From a virus (taxonomy: Duplodnaviria > Caudoviricetes), in the IMG/VR virus record IMGVR_UViG_3300036716_000305, positions 1 through 52,777 of that record: a stretch of DNA of 52,777 nucleotides. One strand, 5' to 3'. Position 1 is the stretch's first letter; each line of letters begins with the position of its first letter. The notes beneath the pieces were generated by a model. The model ran no database searches. It was not told the DNA's origin and saw only the letters and a program-made list of their open reading frames with translations. Below, in pieces: positions 1 through 9,675 of the stretch. The position numbers were made by a program, and so were the translations under genes.

Positions 1-2
1 TT

Positions 3-533
3 AAAGAGTTAGGTTTAAGAGAGGTTGCTTTTGAGAGGCTCACACACGATGGGTCTGCTGAAAGAAACCCCCACATATTCCCAACTAATCGCCAAATAGA
101 TGATTGGATATGGGAGATGCATCAGGTTAATGACAGGGGTTACTTTAATAACGTACTTCTCGAATCGATTTACGCTAAGTTTGAGGGCGGCGGCAACAGG
201 AACTCCACCTTTTGCAGAGGCTGTGAAAAGATAATGTTTACGATTAATGCAGACGGGACAATAGCCGGTTGCCCTAATAGCGCACCCACTAGTCATTATG
301 CCCACATAGGTGATGACATAGACAGTATACTGAACCATGAGAAAAGAGGCTGTATGATAGCCACAGAGGCTCTTATAGACCCGAGATGCATACCGTGCGA
401 AGTTTTCGGACAGTGCGGTGGTGATTGTTACAAACTAGATTGGGACACACAATGTCCCGCGCCTAAGAGGTTAATGTATGGACTTAATAATAAAACCGAC
501 AGAGCTGTGCAACTTCAAGTGCACCTTCTGTAG
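3..533 (+). CDS. Radical SAM/SPASM-domain protein, 5'-truncated by window edge
   Basis: Frame is open from nt 3 (KELGLREVAFERLTHDG...) into the 117..533 ORF; SPASM-type Cys pattern CRGC...TINADGTIAGCP...CIPCEVFGQCGGDC...CP. The CxxxCxxC motif would lie upstream of the window. Confidence 0.8.
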   Translation, partial: KELGLREVAFERLTHDGSAERNPHIFPTNRQIDDWIWEMHQVNDRGYFNNVLLESIYAKFEGGGNRNSTFCRGCEKIMFTINADGTIAGCPNSAPTSHYAHIGDDIDSILNHEKRGCMIATEALIDPRCIPCEVFGQCGGDCYKLDWDTQCPAPKRLMYGLNNKTDRAVQLQVHLL

Positions 534-1440
534 TAGCTCAAACATATCGGAAGATAGTGCCAAGTTACTAGATATCAACGAGATATTTAAGTTTCTTGAC
601 GAGCACCCAGACACAAGAACCGTTATAGTAAATGGTGGAGACCCTTTGATGGTCAAGCCCGAATATTACTATCAGATAATAGACTATCTTGACGAACACG
701 ACATGGACACATCTATATCGTTTACAACCAATCTATGGCCTTTTTATAAGACTAAAAAGTGGGATGAGTTGTTCAAACACCCTAGAATGGCCGTAACGAC
801 ATCTTTCCAATACGGAGGTGGCAGACTCAAGGGTGACTACTCTATGTTCACAGAAGAGGACTTCTGGGGCGTTTCAGACTCAATGTTAGATAGAATAGGT
901 TATAGACCAGATTTTATCGCTGTTGTGGTTGATGGTGAGCAAGACATAGCTATTGACAATGTTAAGTTAGCAAAAAAGATGGGTGTAGAGTGTAAGCTCA
1001 ATTATGCCATGGCCTCCGGCTCACAAGGTAAACCACTATTACTTGCTGATATATATAGTATATATTTAGATATATATGACCAAGGTCTAGAGGAGTGGGA
1101 GTACAACACAAAAGACATAATAAAGTCTATGGCTGGAGAAGATACAACCTGTCCAAGAAATAGAAAGTGTGACGAAGGTATCAGATGCATACAACCAGAA
1201 GCCGACCAATACACTTGCGGATCTTTTGCCGATGACAAAGAGTATCCTATAGGTGACAACTTTAGAGACGACCCTGAGTTGTTATCGATGAACAACTGGT
1301 GTTTTACTTGCCCATTGTTCAATCTGTGCAACGGCTGCTCTAAGACTATAAAAGACCATAAGAGGTTTGATATGCAAGGTAGACATTGTTTTGAAATGAA
1401 GCAACTTGAAGGTAGGCTTCTTAGCATGGAAATAAGATGA
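478..1440 (+). CDS. Radical SAM protein with C-terminal SPASM/twitch-like Cys cluster
   Basis: N-terminal IKPTELCNFKCTFC (CxxxCxxC), GGDPL, TTNL, C-terminal CFTCPLFNLCNGC...HC. Confidence 0.92.
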   Translation: MDLIIKPTELCNFKCTFCSSSNISEDSAKLLDINEIFKFLDEHPDTRTVIVNGGDPLMVKPEYYYQIIDYLDEHDMDTSISFTTNLWPFYKTKKWDELFKHPRMAVTTSFQYGGGRLKGDYSMFTEEDFWGVSDSMLDRIGYRPDFIAVVVDGEQDIAIDNVKLAKKMGVECKLNYAMASGSQGKPLLLADIYSIYLDIYDQGLEEWEYNTKDIIKSMAGEDTTCPRNRKCDEGIRCIQPEADQYTCGSFADDKEYPIGDNFRDDPELLSMNNWCFTCPLFNLCNGCSKTIKDHKRFDMQGRHCFEMKQLEGRLLSMEIR

Positions 1441-1820
1441 ATAAAAAAGTTAAGTTACTGAGTGCTGGCAATAGGTTCTTTTACATCGATAATGATGGAA
1501 GAGATTTTGAGTTAACAAAAGCTGAGGCTGTTATTAAGGTCTGTGAAGGGTTTTTTGTTGTTAAGGTAGAGGGGTTAGAGTCAGTTCATAAGTGGGGAAA
1601 GTCTGTACATGCTTTTATCTCTCCAGCTGGAAGCGCTTCATTCGATACACACACTGACGATGTGAACCTAGTAATAGCTAGCATAGAAGGTACAAAGTTT
1701 TTTGAGGTGTACGGAGAGACTGTAGAGATTAATGAAACATCTTCTTTATATGTGTCCGCAGGTAGCCCTCATAGAGGTGTTAATAGGTATGACTCAATAA
1801 CACTAAGTATTGAAGTATGA
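1437..1820 (+). CDS. Small JmjC/cupin-fold (2OG-Fe(II)-type) protein, putative hydroxylase
   Basis: SFDTHTDDVN (HxD), GTKFF, LYVSAGSPHRG (distal His) match the JmjC/cupin facial-triad layout. Confidence 0.72.
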   Translation: MNKKVKLLSAGNRFFYIDNDGRDFELTKAEAVIKVCEGFFVVKVEGLESVHKWGKSVHAFISPAGSASFDTHTDDVNLVIASIEGTKFFEVYGETVEINETSSLYVSAGSPHRGVNRYDSITLSIEV

Positions 1821-2722
1821 ATATCTCAATCAACCCCTCATACTTCTGCAACTTCAGTTGTAAGTTTTGCTACTTAACACCTGAACAACTTAACGACCAA
1901 AAGAGGATAGACTTAAGGGTTTTGGACAGCCTATTAAAGCAAGTCCCCAAGATAGACTATATAGACCTTTATGGTGGTGAAATAGGAGCACTAAGTTCAA
2001 CATATTTTAAAAAACTAAAAAAGACTATAAGGAAGCACTATAAGGGTGAGATAAACATCATAACTAACTTCTCCATGCTTAGTGATAACTTCTTTGCTGA
2101 TGATATATCCCTTTCGGTGTCGTATGACTTTACCGGAAGAGAGAGACATGCACAAGTATTCTCTAATATGCTAATGTCTCCTAAAAGGTATTCTGTATTG
2201 CTATTAGCTACAGAAGACGTTATTAAGATGGATGTTGATTCAATGGTTTCTCAGTTCAACATATTGCGTAACTTGGACAGCGTAGAGATTAAACCATACT
2301 CTATAAATCAAGCCAACTCCTTCAATGTAACTCATAAGGATTATGAAGACTTTGTGATAAAGTGGCTTGAATGTGATGTTCCAAAAGGCTTTACCTTTGG
2401 CAACAAAAGAAGTATTGAAAAGTCGTTAAAGAAGGAGTACAACGCATTCTCTGATGACCATATATACATCACGCCTAATGGCAAGTTTGGTGTATTAGAT
2501 TTTGACAAGGATGACAAAGAGCTATTCTTAGAACTTGATAACTTTAAAGAATACCTCGAATGGTGTGAGCGTGAAAAGGCTGAGCTTTCTGATATATGCA
2601 ATAGTTGTAAGTATCTTGGAACTTGTCTGACAGAGCACTATAGATATGTAGAGAATCTAGATAACTCTTGTAATGGATACATAGGGTTGCTGGATTATTA
2701 CGACAAAGAACATATGGAATAA
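1817..2722 (+). CDS. Radical SAM protein with C-terminal Cys cluster
   Basis: INPSYFCNFSCKFCY (CxxxCxxC), YGGEI, ITNFS, C-terminal CNSCKYLGTC...SC. Confidence 0.92.
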   Translation: MNISINPSYFCNFSCKFCYLTPEQLNDQKRIDLRVLDSLLKQVPKIDYIDLYGGEIGALSSTYFKKLKKTIRKHYKGEINIITNFSMLSDNFFADDISLSVSYDFTGRERHAQVFSNMLMSPKRYSVLLLATEDVIKMDVDSMVSQFNILRNLDSVEIKPYSINQANSFNVTHKDYEDFVIKWLECDVPKGFTFGNKRSIEKSLKKEYNAFSDDHIYITPNGKFGVLDFDKDDKELFLELDNFKEYLEWCEREKAELSDICNSCKYLGTCLTEHYRYVENLDNSCNGYIGLLDYYDKEHME

Positions 2723-2724
2723 AT

Positions 2725-3150
2725 ATGAAGGACTGGAAAATTAGACAAGAGATGTATCACAGAATGAATGATGATTTCGGAGATGATCTTTCAGATAAGG
2801 ATATTCAATATAGGTACGACACGATAGTTGGGGATTGTGTTGATTACATTAAAAAACCCAAAGAAGATACTGGCTGGATGTATCCTGCTAAGTCATATGT
2901 AGTTGCATTGTGCTATGCACAGTGGATATCAGAGGATTTTAAAGAAGACTTTAACGAGCTTATTAATGACCCTGACCTACTTTATAACAACGACCCTCAC
3001 TTCGTAATATACAAAGACAGCGAAGATGAGTACAAAGGTATTATAGAGAAGATGGGTTTGCCGTTACCGTTTACCGGTGTGGTCCCCGATATAAGAAAAT
3101 ACTACGAGAGAGAATTCATGCTAACACCAATGGAGAATTATGAGCATTAG
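2725..3150 (+). CDS. Hypothetical protein, last gene of the radical SAM cassette
   Basis: 141-aa acidic ORF starting 2 nt after the rSAM stop and overlapping the next gene. Confidence 0.7.
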   Translation: MKDWKIRQEMYHRMNDDFGDDLSDKDIQYRYDTIVGDCVDYIKKPKEDTGWMYPAKSYVVALCYAQWISEDFKEDFNELINDPDLLYNNDPHFVIYKDSEDEYKGIIEKMGLPLPFTGVVPDIRKYYEREFMLTPMENYEH

Positions 3151-3406
3151 AGAAGATAAATGGCACCTAAGTAGATCGGTAAGCATTAGCCACCTACTGA
3201 CGACAGGGGCTTTAATATTTGGGGCCTTAATGTATGTTACAGATATAAGGCAAGACATTGCGGTGATGCAGGCAGAGCAGAAGCATATACAGCAACAGAT
3301 CGTTACCATTCAAGAAGATAATAAAGAAATGTTTGCGTCCATCGATGATAAGCTGGATCAAATGATATCGATTATCCATAACTATCGAACGGAGAATTTA
3401 CGATGA
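3140..3406 (+). CDS. Small membrane protein (one TM + coiled coil), possible lysis accessory
   Basis: Hydrophobic LLTTGALIFGALMYV followed by Q-rich heptads. Confidence 0.6.
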   Translation: MSIREDKWHLSRSVSISHLLTTGALIFGALMYVTDIRQDIAVMQAEQKHIQQQIVTIQEDNKEMFASIDDKLDQMISIIHNYRTENLR

Positions 3407-3606
3407 TGAAGAAAATAAAGCTATACCTACTACTTACAGCCATTGGTTCAACTGGGTTATTCGCTGGTTATAGCTGGCTGGAAGGTGTTGTTACTGATGC
3501 TTTTATTACGGTAGGCACTGACAAGGTAGAAGAGGTAGTTAAGCAGAAAGCTGAAGACAGGTTAAAGGAGAAGCTGGGTGACCTACTTGAGAGCGCATTA
3601 CAATGA
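3403..3606 (+). CDS. Small membrane protein
   Basis: N-terminal basic + hydrophobic segment; ATGA overlaps with neighbours. Confidence 0.6.
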   Translation: MMKKIKLYLLLTAIGSTGLFAGYSWLEGVVTDAFITVGTDKVEEVVKQKAEDRLKEKLGDLLESALQ

Positions 3607-3806
3607 AGATCGACACGCCCACACTATTAACCTTGGCTGGAATTATTGGGGGAATAGTGTTCACTTACGGACAATTAACCAACAAAGTCAACAGCTTAGA
3701 GTACCTGAAAGAGTTGTCAGACACAAACATGAACAGGGTTATTGTGCTGGAAACAAAGATTGAAGCCGCACAGACGGCTTTTGAATTATACATAGGGGGA
3801 CAATAA
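3603..3806 (+). CDS. Small membrane protein (TM + coiled coil)
   Basis: LLTLAGIIGGIVFTYG hydrophobic segment; coupled to neighbours. Confidence 0.6.
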   Translation: MKIDTPTLLTLAGIIGGIVFTYGQLTNKVNSLEYLKELSDTNMNRVIVLETKIEAAQTAFELYIGGQ

Positions 3807-4237
3807 TGTTTGGACTACCAATTGAGATTTTGACGATGCTCGCAAGTACACTTGGGGGTGGCATAATGAAGATGTGGAGTCAGTCACAGGCTGACCTTGC
3901 TGACGAGAGAAACCATCGTAAAGAACAATATATGAACGTAGAGGCTAGTATGGAAAGGGCAGGTAAGCTCAACACTCCAGAGGCGTCTTGGGCTAAGAGA
4001 TTCTTAGTCGTATCATTCATGGCTATGGCCGCTTACATACTAATTGCACCCGCACTAGGAATGTCAACTGTCGTACCAGTAGAGGTTACCTCTGGATTTA
4101 AGTTCTTGTTCTTAGATTTTACAAATACAGTTACAGAATATGTTAGCCTAGAAGGCACAGTAGTTCCAGAATGGCTAGGACATGCAATTATGGCAGTCGT
4201 AGGCTTATATTTTGGTCAATCTATAACTAGACGTTAA
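3806..4237 (+). CDS. Putative holin (three hydrophobic segments)
   Basis: Three TM-like segments and a C-terminal GLYFG..RR resembling 3-TM holins. Confidence 0.55.
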   Translation: MFGLPIEILTMLASTLGGGIMKMWSQSQADLADERNHRKEQYMNVEASMERAGKLNTPEASWAKRFLVVSFMAMAAYILIAPALGMSTVVPVEVTSGFKFLFLDFTNTVTEYVSLEGTVVPEWLGHAIMAVVGLYFGQSITRR

Positions 4238-4246
4238 GGAGTCGAT

Positions 4247-5800
4247 ATGTCTTTTACTAAAACACCAGAGGTTGATTTCTCATCCGTAGGTTTAATTACA
4301 GATGTTCCGAGTCACTCTCTACCTCAAGGGGCATGGAGTGACTGCTTAAATATTAGATGCAAGGACGGTAGTGTTCAAGGTGTTAATGTATTTGAAGATG
4401 GATTTCCTTTATTCACTAGTTCTAACACTGGTATTCGAGACGGAAAGGCCATGGCGGTCACCCAGTTCTTGGAGGCCGGTGGTAACAACCTTGTAATAGC
4501 TTACATCGTAAAGGATGCTAGTGGAGATGGTCACGTTGTAACGTACAACACAGGAACCTCAACATACTTAAACCTTACTAACGCGCTTACACCTAATCAG
4601 TTTACCTTTGATGACAGATACCCTCCACAGATTTATGTGTTCAATGAACTGTTGATTGTTAATCCAGCTAACGATGCTCCTCCAATGTTTTCAGACGATG
4701 TGAACACAGCAGGAAGTCTTGTTACGCTACCAAATTGGCCTAGTGATTCTCATGGTTCAAAATTAGTAACAAGAATATTAAAGCCATTCAACAATAGATT
4801 GATGGCTATGAATATATTTGAAGAGCACCAAGCAACAGCGGACGACGATGAGTTTCTTCCTATTGATATTTTATGGTCATCCCACATAACTGGGATTGGA
4901 AGTATAGATGCCGTAGAGTGGTCTTACGATGGTATTAACACTGCTGGCGATGCCTTTGCAGTTGAGACGCCCGGCAAGATACTTGATGGTGGTCAGCTAG
5001 GAGAATACTTTATTGCTTATAAGACAGATGCTGTCATAAGGGTTAGAGAGACTGGTGACACATACGTACTAGCTTTTGAAAGTATCTTTGAAGATGATGG
5101 TATTTACTCTGCAAGATGTTTTGCTAATATAGGAAACGCACAGCACTTGGTTATTGGAAACTATGGAGTGTACCTTCATGATGGTCAATCACAGAAAGAA
5201 GATATTGCTAAAGGATTATTCCAAGATGTAATGTTTAACTCTGTAAAGGCTACTAAGAAGGACAAGTCGTTCTGCTTCCAACAGACTAGAGATAAAGAAG
5301 TGTGGTTTTGCTTCCCATCTAAAACTATTAGTGGCGATGGTTGTGACAGGGCTTTTGTATTTGACTATAGCACTAGAAAGTTACACTTAAGAAGTTTGCC
5401 AAACATATCCGATGCTTTTGAAACAGAGCAAAATGGAGAGCTTAAGATTTATGCAGCTAAAGAAGGTGCTGCGGCTGAAATTCAAACACTATCAAGTACG
5501 GTGTTTGAGGAAAATGGATTCTTCATAAGGGTTAATGATAACTACAAAGACAGTGCATATAAATGGATAAACGCTATCCATCTTGATTCTATGAATAGTG
5601 TACAGATTAGTGTAGTTGGAACCAATAGTATCACTGATACTGCGGTATACTCTTTACAGACATTTAATCCCACTACGGATTATAAGTTAGACTTTAGAAC
5701 GTCTGGACGTTATATGAATATTAAGGTGCAAATGTTAGGGGCTTCAAACCCATTATTAGGCAGGATGCAATTTGAATTAAAGGTTGCTGGAAAACGATAA
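4247..5800 (+). CDS. Tail nozzle / packaged-DNA stabilisation protein (P22 gp10 or T7 tail tubular B-like)
   Basis: 517 aa, beta-rich; N-terminal GLITDVP..LP...W..CLN; C-terminal DFRTSGRY; position before the tail fibre. Confidence 0.6.
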   Translation: MSFTKTPEVDFSSVGLITDVPSHSLPQGAWSDCLNIRCKDGSVQGVNVFEDGFPLFTSSNTGIRDGKAMAVTQFLEAGGNNLVIAYIVKDASGDGHVVTYNTGTSTYLNLTNALTPNQFTFDDRYPPQIYVFNELLIVNPANDAPPMFSDDVNTAGSLVTLPNWPSDSHGSKLVTRILKPFNNRLMAMNIFEEHQATADDDEFLPIDILWSSHITGIGSIDAVEWSYDGINTAGDAFAVETPGKILDGGQLGEYFIAYKTDAVIRVRETGDTYVLAFESIFEDDGIYSARCFANIGNAQHLVIGNYGVYLHDGQSQKEDIAKGLFQDVMFNSVKATKKDKSFCFQQTRDKEVWFCFPSKTISGDGCDRAFVFDYSTRKLHLRSLPNISDAFETEQNGELKIYAAKEGAAAEIQTLSSTVFEENGFFIRVNDNYKDSAYKWINAIHLDSMNSVQISVVGTNSITDTAVYSLQTFNPTTDYKLDFRTSGRYMNIKVQMLGASNPLLGRMQFELKVAGKR

Positions 5801-5812
5801 AAGGATTACAAT

Positions 5813-8800
5813 ATGGCTAAGATTTCAGAAACGGAACTTCAGAGAAAACTAAGAAACGCTAAAACATCCTCTGGAACCACTGGAGGAAGAACTGCTGTTC
5901 AGAAGGACGGAGTTTGGGAATACACAAGCCCTGTTATTTATACGGCCTATGCCGATAATATTACTAATCGCTCAACAACCGGTAAGATTCCATCACAAGC
6001 AGATGCTGCGGGATTCCAATTGGAGCCGCATGATGCTGGTGGAGAACTGTTAGACTGGAGAGGGCACTTGTTCTCTACAAGTATTTATGAGTCCGGAGAT
6101 CCAACTGATTACACATGGGAGTTGGCCGACTATACTGGTGTTACAACATCTTTTGAGAGAAGCTATACAACATCTACTAAACTACTAGTTGACGTTGGAA
6201 ACCCAACCTTTCCGGGAACTGGCATAACTTGGACGTCAATTGCGTCTAACCTAGCCCTTCCAGATAATGCTTATTTTGTAGCAGAGAGGTACACAATTAA
6301 AGGAGCAACTTCAGCGTGGATGGTTTATCCTGTTGCTGTTGAGGAGAATGGCTTTGGTCTAATTCCTTACACAATAACTGGTAGAGATGCACCAGCCCTT
6401 AATAGTGCTCAGTGGAACACAGATACTTTAACAGCTGTTACTTCTTTTACTGGAAGAACATATTCAACTATTAAAGAGTTCGGATATGGAACAACTATTG
6501 TTATTACATACGATGATGGAAAGCTATATGGGCTACTTAAAAAGGTCAGTGGCACTGCATCTTTTGTTGCTCCTGTGGATTACATCGACGGTGCTTTACT
6601 TGTAGATACATCAATCATTGCAGACAAGATTGCCAACAACGCTATCACGGTTAATAAGATTCTTAACGACTCTATTAACGCTGATAAGATTGCTGATAAT
6701 GCAGTCACTACAGCAGCGATTATTAGCAACGCCATCAATTCAGATAAGATAGCTAACAACGCTGTAACATCTAATGAGATAGCTGCAAACACTATTGTTG
6801 CTAACAATATACAAGCTAACGCAATAGGTGCTAACGAGATAGCTGCAGATGCTATCACTGCTAATGAGATAGCCACAGACGCTGTTACGGCCAACGCCAT
6901 TCAGGCAGGATCTGTTGGTGCTAATGAGATAGCTGCAAATAGTATCACAGCAGGTGAGATAGCTGCAGACGCTATCACTGCAAGCGAAATAGCTGTAGAC
7001 GCTGTAGAGGCTTCAAGTATTAAGGCTGGAGCTGTCACAACAAACAAGATAGAGGCTTTAGCAATAACTGCTGAAACTATAGCGGCAAATGCCATCATAT
7101 CAGACAAGATTGCAACAAATGCTATCACCTCTGGAAAACTATTAATAACCGGAACAGGCAATGTCTCAGAAGTAATCACACCAGCTTATATTGGTGCACC
7201 AACTACTGCTGCATTAGCAACTGTAATTGGCGATGTTGCAACTGCACAGAGTACGGCTGACGGAAAGATAAACTCTTACTTTCAGGACGCTGCACCAACT
7301 AGTTTAACTGCTAGTGATGAAGGTGACTTATGGACAGACACCCTTGCTGCAAATAACAATGAATCATATAGATGGTCAGGAACCGCTTGGGAAGCTATTG
7401 CTGACGGTGGTATCGCAGATGCTATTGCAAGCGCTGCAGCTGCACAAAGTACTGCTGATGGAAAGGTCACAACCTTTTATCATGATGATCCTCCAACTGC
7501 TGAAGGTGAAGGTGACTTATGGGTAGACACTAATGATAGTAACAAACTACATAGGTGGAATGGAAGTGCTTGGCTAGATATTCATGATACAACATACTCC
7601 TCAATAGGTAGTATTACAGGAGGCATTTCAGCCTCTCAAGTTGCAAATGCTGTAAATACAAACTCAACAACAGTTGATGGCGGAAAGATTACAGCCGCCT
7701 CTATTGGAGCTTCACACTTAATTGTCAGTGGCGCAAACGCTGTTGAACTTGATGGTCTTAAAACATTTAGACAAACAACATCACCAACAGCAGAGAATGA
7801 AGGCGACCTATGGTATGACAGTGATGACCATAACAAACTATACAGGTGGGACGGCTCTACTTGGGTCTCAAATCAGGACAATACGGTTGCTGACAATATC
7901 TATTCGTCTGGCACAACCTATATAAATGGTGGTATTATAACTACAGACACAATTTCAGGCAATCATATTCAGGCTGGAGAGATTGATGCTGGCCACCTTA
8001 GTGTTGATTCTGTAACTGTAGATAAGATAAACGTTGATGGGCAATTAGACATTAGCGAATCGACAGGCTCGTTCACTTTTAAGAAGACAAAGTATAGTGA
8101 TTATTCAACAAACGGTGTCTTCCTAGGAAACAGAACAGGTAGCAACATACCCGTGTTCTTGGCAGGAAGCACTACAAGCTATATCCAAGTGGATGATGGT
8201 GGTGTAACTATCGTTGGTGCAGATTTTGCTGACTCAACAACTATTTCAACACCAGCATTGCCTAATGTTCCAACGGAATATAATACTAGTGGTCAATTTA
8301 CCTTTCCTATCTCTAGTGCTTACGACACGCTAACTTTTGAACTATCTGGTGCAGGTGGTGGTGGTGGTGGAGCTCGTGCAGGTGGTGGTAGTACCTCGGG
8401 TGGCGTAACCGGTGGACAAACCAAAGTAGAAATTTTAGATGGTAATGGTGCTGTTGTGAGTGGTGCAACATGGACAGCGAACGGTGGTTCAGGTGGTGGA
8501 CATAACACAACCGTAGCTTCTACTAGATATGGTGATGATTTTGACGTCTCACCAGTTGACACATTTTTTACAGGTGATGGCGGTACGGGAACCCCTTCAA
8601 ACCCAAGTAGTGGTACTTCCCATACTGGTAGCGTTGGTGGCGCGGTATCGTCTGGAGGCGAGGGTGGTGCTGATGGCGCATCTTGGTCTGACTTTGATGA
8701 CGATAGGTTTGGTGTTGGCGGTAGTGCTGGTAGCTTCTCCTCACCAAGTGCTTACACCCTACAAAGTTCTCACCATTCTGTAAGAGTGACGGTTGGAACT

Positions 8801-8881
8801 GGCGGGAATGGTGGTAGTGGTGCTGCTAGTGGTGGTAGAGGCGCCCATGGTGCCGTTCGTATTTCAGTAACTTTACATTAG
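5813..8881 (+). CDS. Tail fibre / receptor-binding protein
   Basis: 10-aa periodic AITANEIAA repeats, three GDLW..D....L.RW.G..W modules, Gly-rich C-terminal domain. Confidence 0.85.
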   Translation: MAKISETELQRKLRNAKTSSGTTGGRTAVQKDGVWEYTSPVIYTAYADNITNRSTTGKIPSQADAAGFQLEPHDAGGELLDWRGHLFSTSIYESGDPTDYTWELADYTGVTTSFERSYTTSTKLLVDVGNPTFPGTGITWTSIASNLALPDNAYFVAERYTIKGATSAWMVYPVAVEENGFGLIPYTITGRDAPALNSAQWNTDTLTAVTSFTGRTYSTIKEFGYGTTIVITYDDGKLYGLLKKVSGTASFVAPVDYIDGALLVDTSIIADKIANNAITVNKILNDSINADKIADNAVTTAAIISNAINSDKIANNAVTSNEIAANTIVANNIQANAIGANEIAADAITANEIATDAVTANAIQAGSVGANEIAANSITAGEIAADAITASEIAVDAVEASSIKAGAVTTNKIEALAITAETIAANAIISDKIATNAITSGKLLITGTGNVSEVITPAYIGAPTTAALATVIGDVATAQSTADGKINSYFQDAAPTSLTASDEGDLWTDTLAANNNESYRWSGTAWEAIADGGIADAIASAAAAQSTADGKVTTFYHDDPPTAEGEGDLWVDTNDSNKLHRWNGSAWLDIHDTTYSSIGSITGGISASQVANAVNTNSTTVDGGKITAASIGASHLIVSGANAVELDGLKTFRQTTSPTAENEGDLWYDSDDHNKLYRWDGSTWVSNQDNTVADNIYSSGTTYINGGIITTDTISGNHIQAGEIDAGHLSVDSVTVDKINVDGQLDISESTGSFTFKKTKYSDYSTNGVFLGNRTGSNIPVFLAGSTTSYIQVDDGGVTIVGADFADSTTISTPALPNVPTEYNTSGQFTFPISSAYDTLTFELSGAGGGGGGARAGGGSTSGGVTGGQTKVEILDGNGAVVSGATWTANGGSGGGHNTTVASTRYGDDFDVSPVDTFFTGDGGTGTPSNPSSGTSHTGSVGGAVSSGGEGGADGASWSDFDDDRFGVGGSAGSFSSPSAYTLQSSHHSVRVTVGTGGNGGSGAASGGRGAHGAVRISVTLH
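6613..7140 (+). repeat. Intragenic ~30-bp periodic repeat encoding (A/S)I(T/G)AxxIAxx units
   Basis: Repeated gctaatgagatagctgca / gctatcactgc variants. Confidence 0.85.
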
Positions 8882-8889
8882 GTATAGTC

Positions 8890-9234
8890 ATGTATATAAT
8901 AACAGATAGAAAGACAGGAAGAGTGTTAAGGACTGGCCTAAGCCGAAGTGAAATGCAAGGCATTATCAATACTTCAATGGACTTCGCTGAAGACAGTGAG
9001 CATGGTGTTGTAACTATTGGAATGAAGTACGACAAAAGCTCTAATAGTTTTGTTGACATGACAGATAGTGATGTTAGAGACATTAGGGCTAAAATACTTA
9101 AAGATACAGATTGGCGAGCCACTGTTGACTATCCAAACACAGACCAAAGTGCTTGGCTTGAATACAGACAGGCGCTAAGAGATATGCCACAGAATAGCTC
9201 TGTGGTATTCCCACAATCACCGGAGGGTGTTTAA
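8890..9234 (+). CDS. Tail fibre assembly chaperone
   Basis: R..L..TDW...W..YRQALRDMPQ...FP..P signature; directly after the fibre gene. Confidence 0.8.
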   Translation: MYIITDRKTGRVLRTGLSRSEMQGIINTSMDFAEDSEHGVVTIGMKYDKSSNSFVDMTDSDVRDIRAKILKDTDWRATVDYPNTDQSAWLEYRQALRDMPQNSSVVFPQSPEGV

Positions 9235-9237
9235 AAG

Positions 9238-9675
9238 ATGTATGAGATAAAGCAAGTAGTCGGGGAAGATATCCTGATTAGATACAACAGCCTCAAGGTT
9301 GAAATTGATAGGGCGATGGAGCATTCTGACGGAGAGTGGAATGCTTCTCAAATTGTTACTAAATGCATTACTGACCCAGTTAACTTTCATATATGGGAAG
9401 TGTGTATAGATGGCTCTCCAGTTGCTATAGCGTCTACTAGGGTTATGTATTACAATAGTTTCACAGCCTTACATATAACAACACTCGGAGGTTCTGGATT
9501 GTACAATCACATGACGGACCTAATCGAAGAGTTTGAGGCAAAGGTAAGAGGGTACAAGAATATTGACTTTCTAGAATATACAGGACGGAAAGGGTTTCTT
9601 AAACAACTCACAAAGTCTGGTTGGAGAGAGACATACACTACTATGAGAAAAGATATCAGGGGGAATAATGAGTGA
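9238..9675 (+). CDS. Hypothetical virion-assembly protein, possibly GNAT-like fold
   Basis: LHITTLGG...EYTGRKGFLKQL...GW pattern; position at the start of the internal-virion block. Confidence 0.45.
   Translation: MYEIKQVVGEDILIRYNSLKVEIDRAMEHSDGEWNASQIVTKCITDPVNFHIWEVCIDGSPVAIASTRVMYYNSFTALHITTLGGSGLYNHMTDLIEEFEAKVRGYKNIDFLEYTGRKGFLKQLTKSGWRETYTTMRKDIRGNNE

Noticed and set aside
478-2722. 7-deazaguanine (QueE) or anaerobic RNR activase (NrdG) role for the rSAM genes
   Set aside because: They carry SPASM-like Cys clusters, sit in the structural module, and queC/queD/folE/dpdA and nrdD are absent.
6580-8562. Minus-strand Ala/Ile/Pro-rich ORFs in the track
   Set aside because: Antisense shadows of the repetitive tail fibre gene.
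5813-8881. Diversity-generating retroelement target
   Set aside because: No reverse transcriptase and no TR/VR pair differing at adenines is seen in the window.
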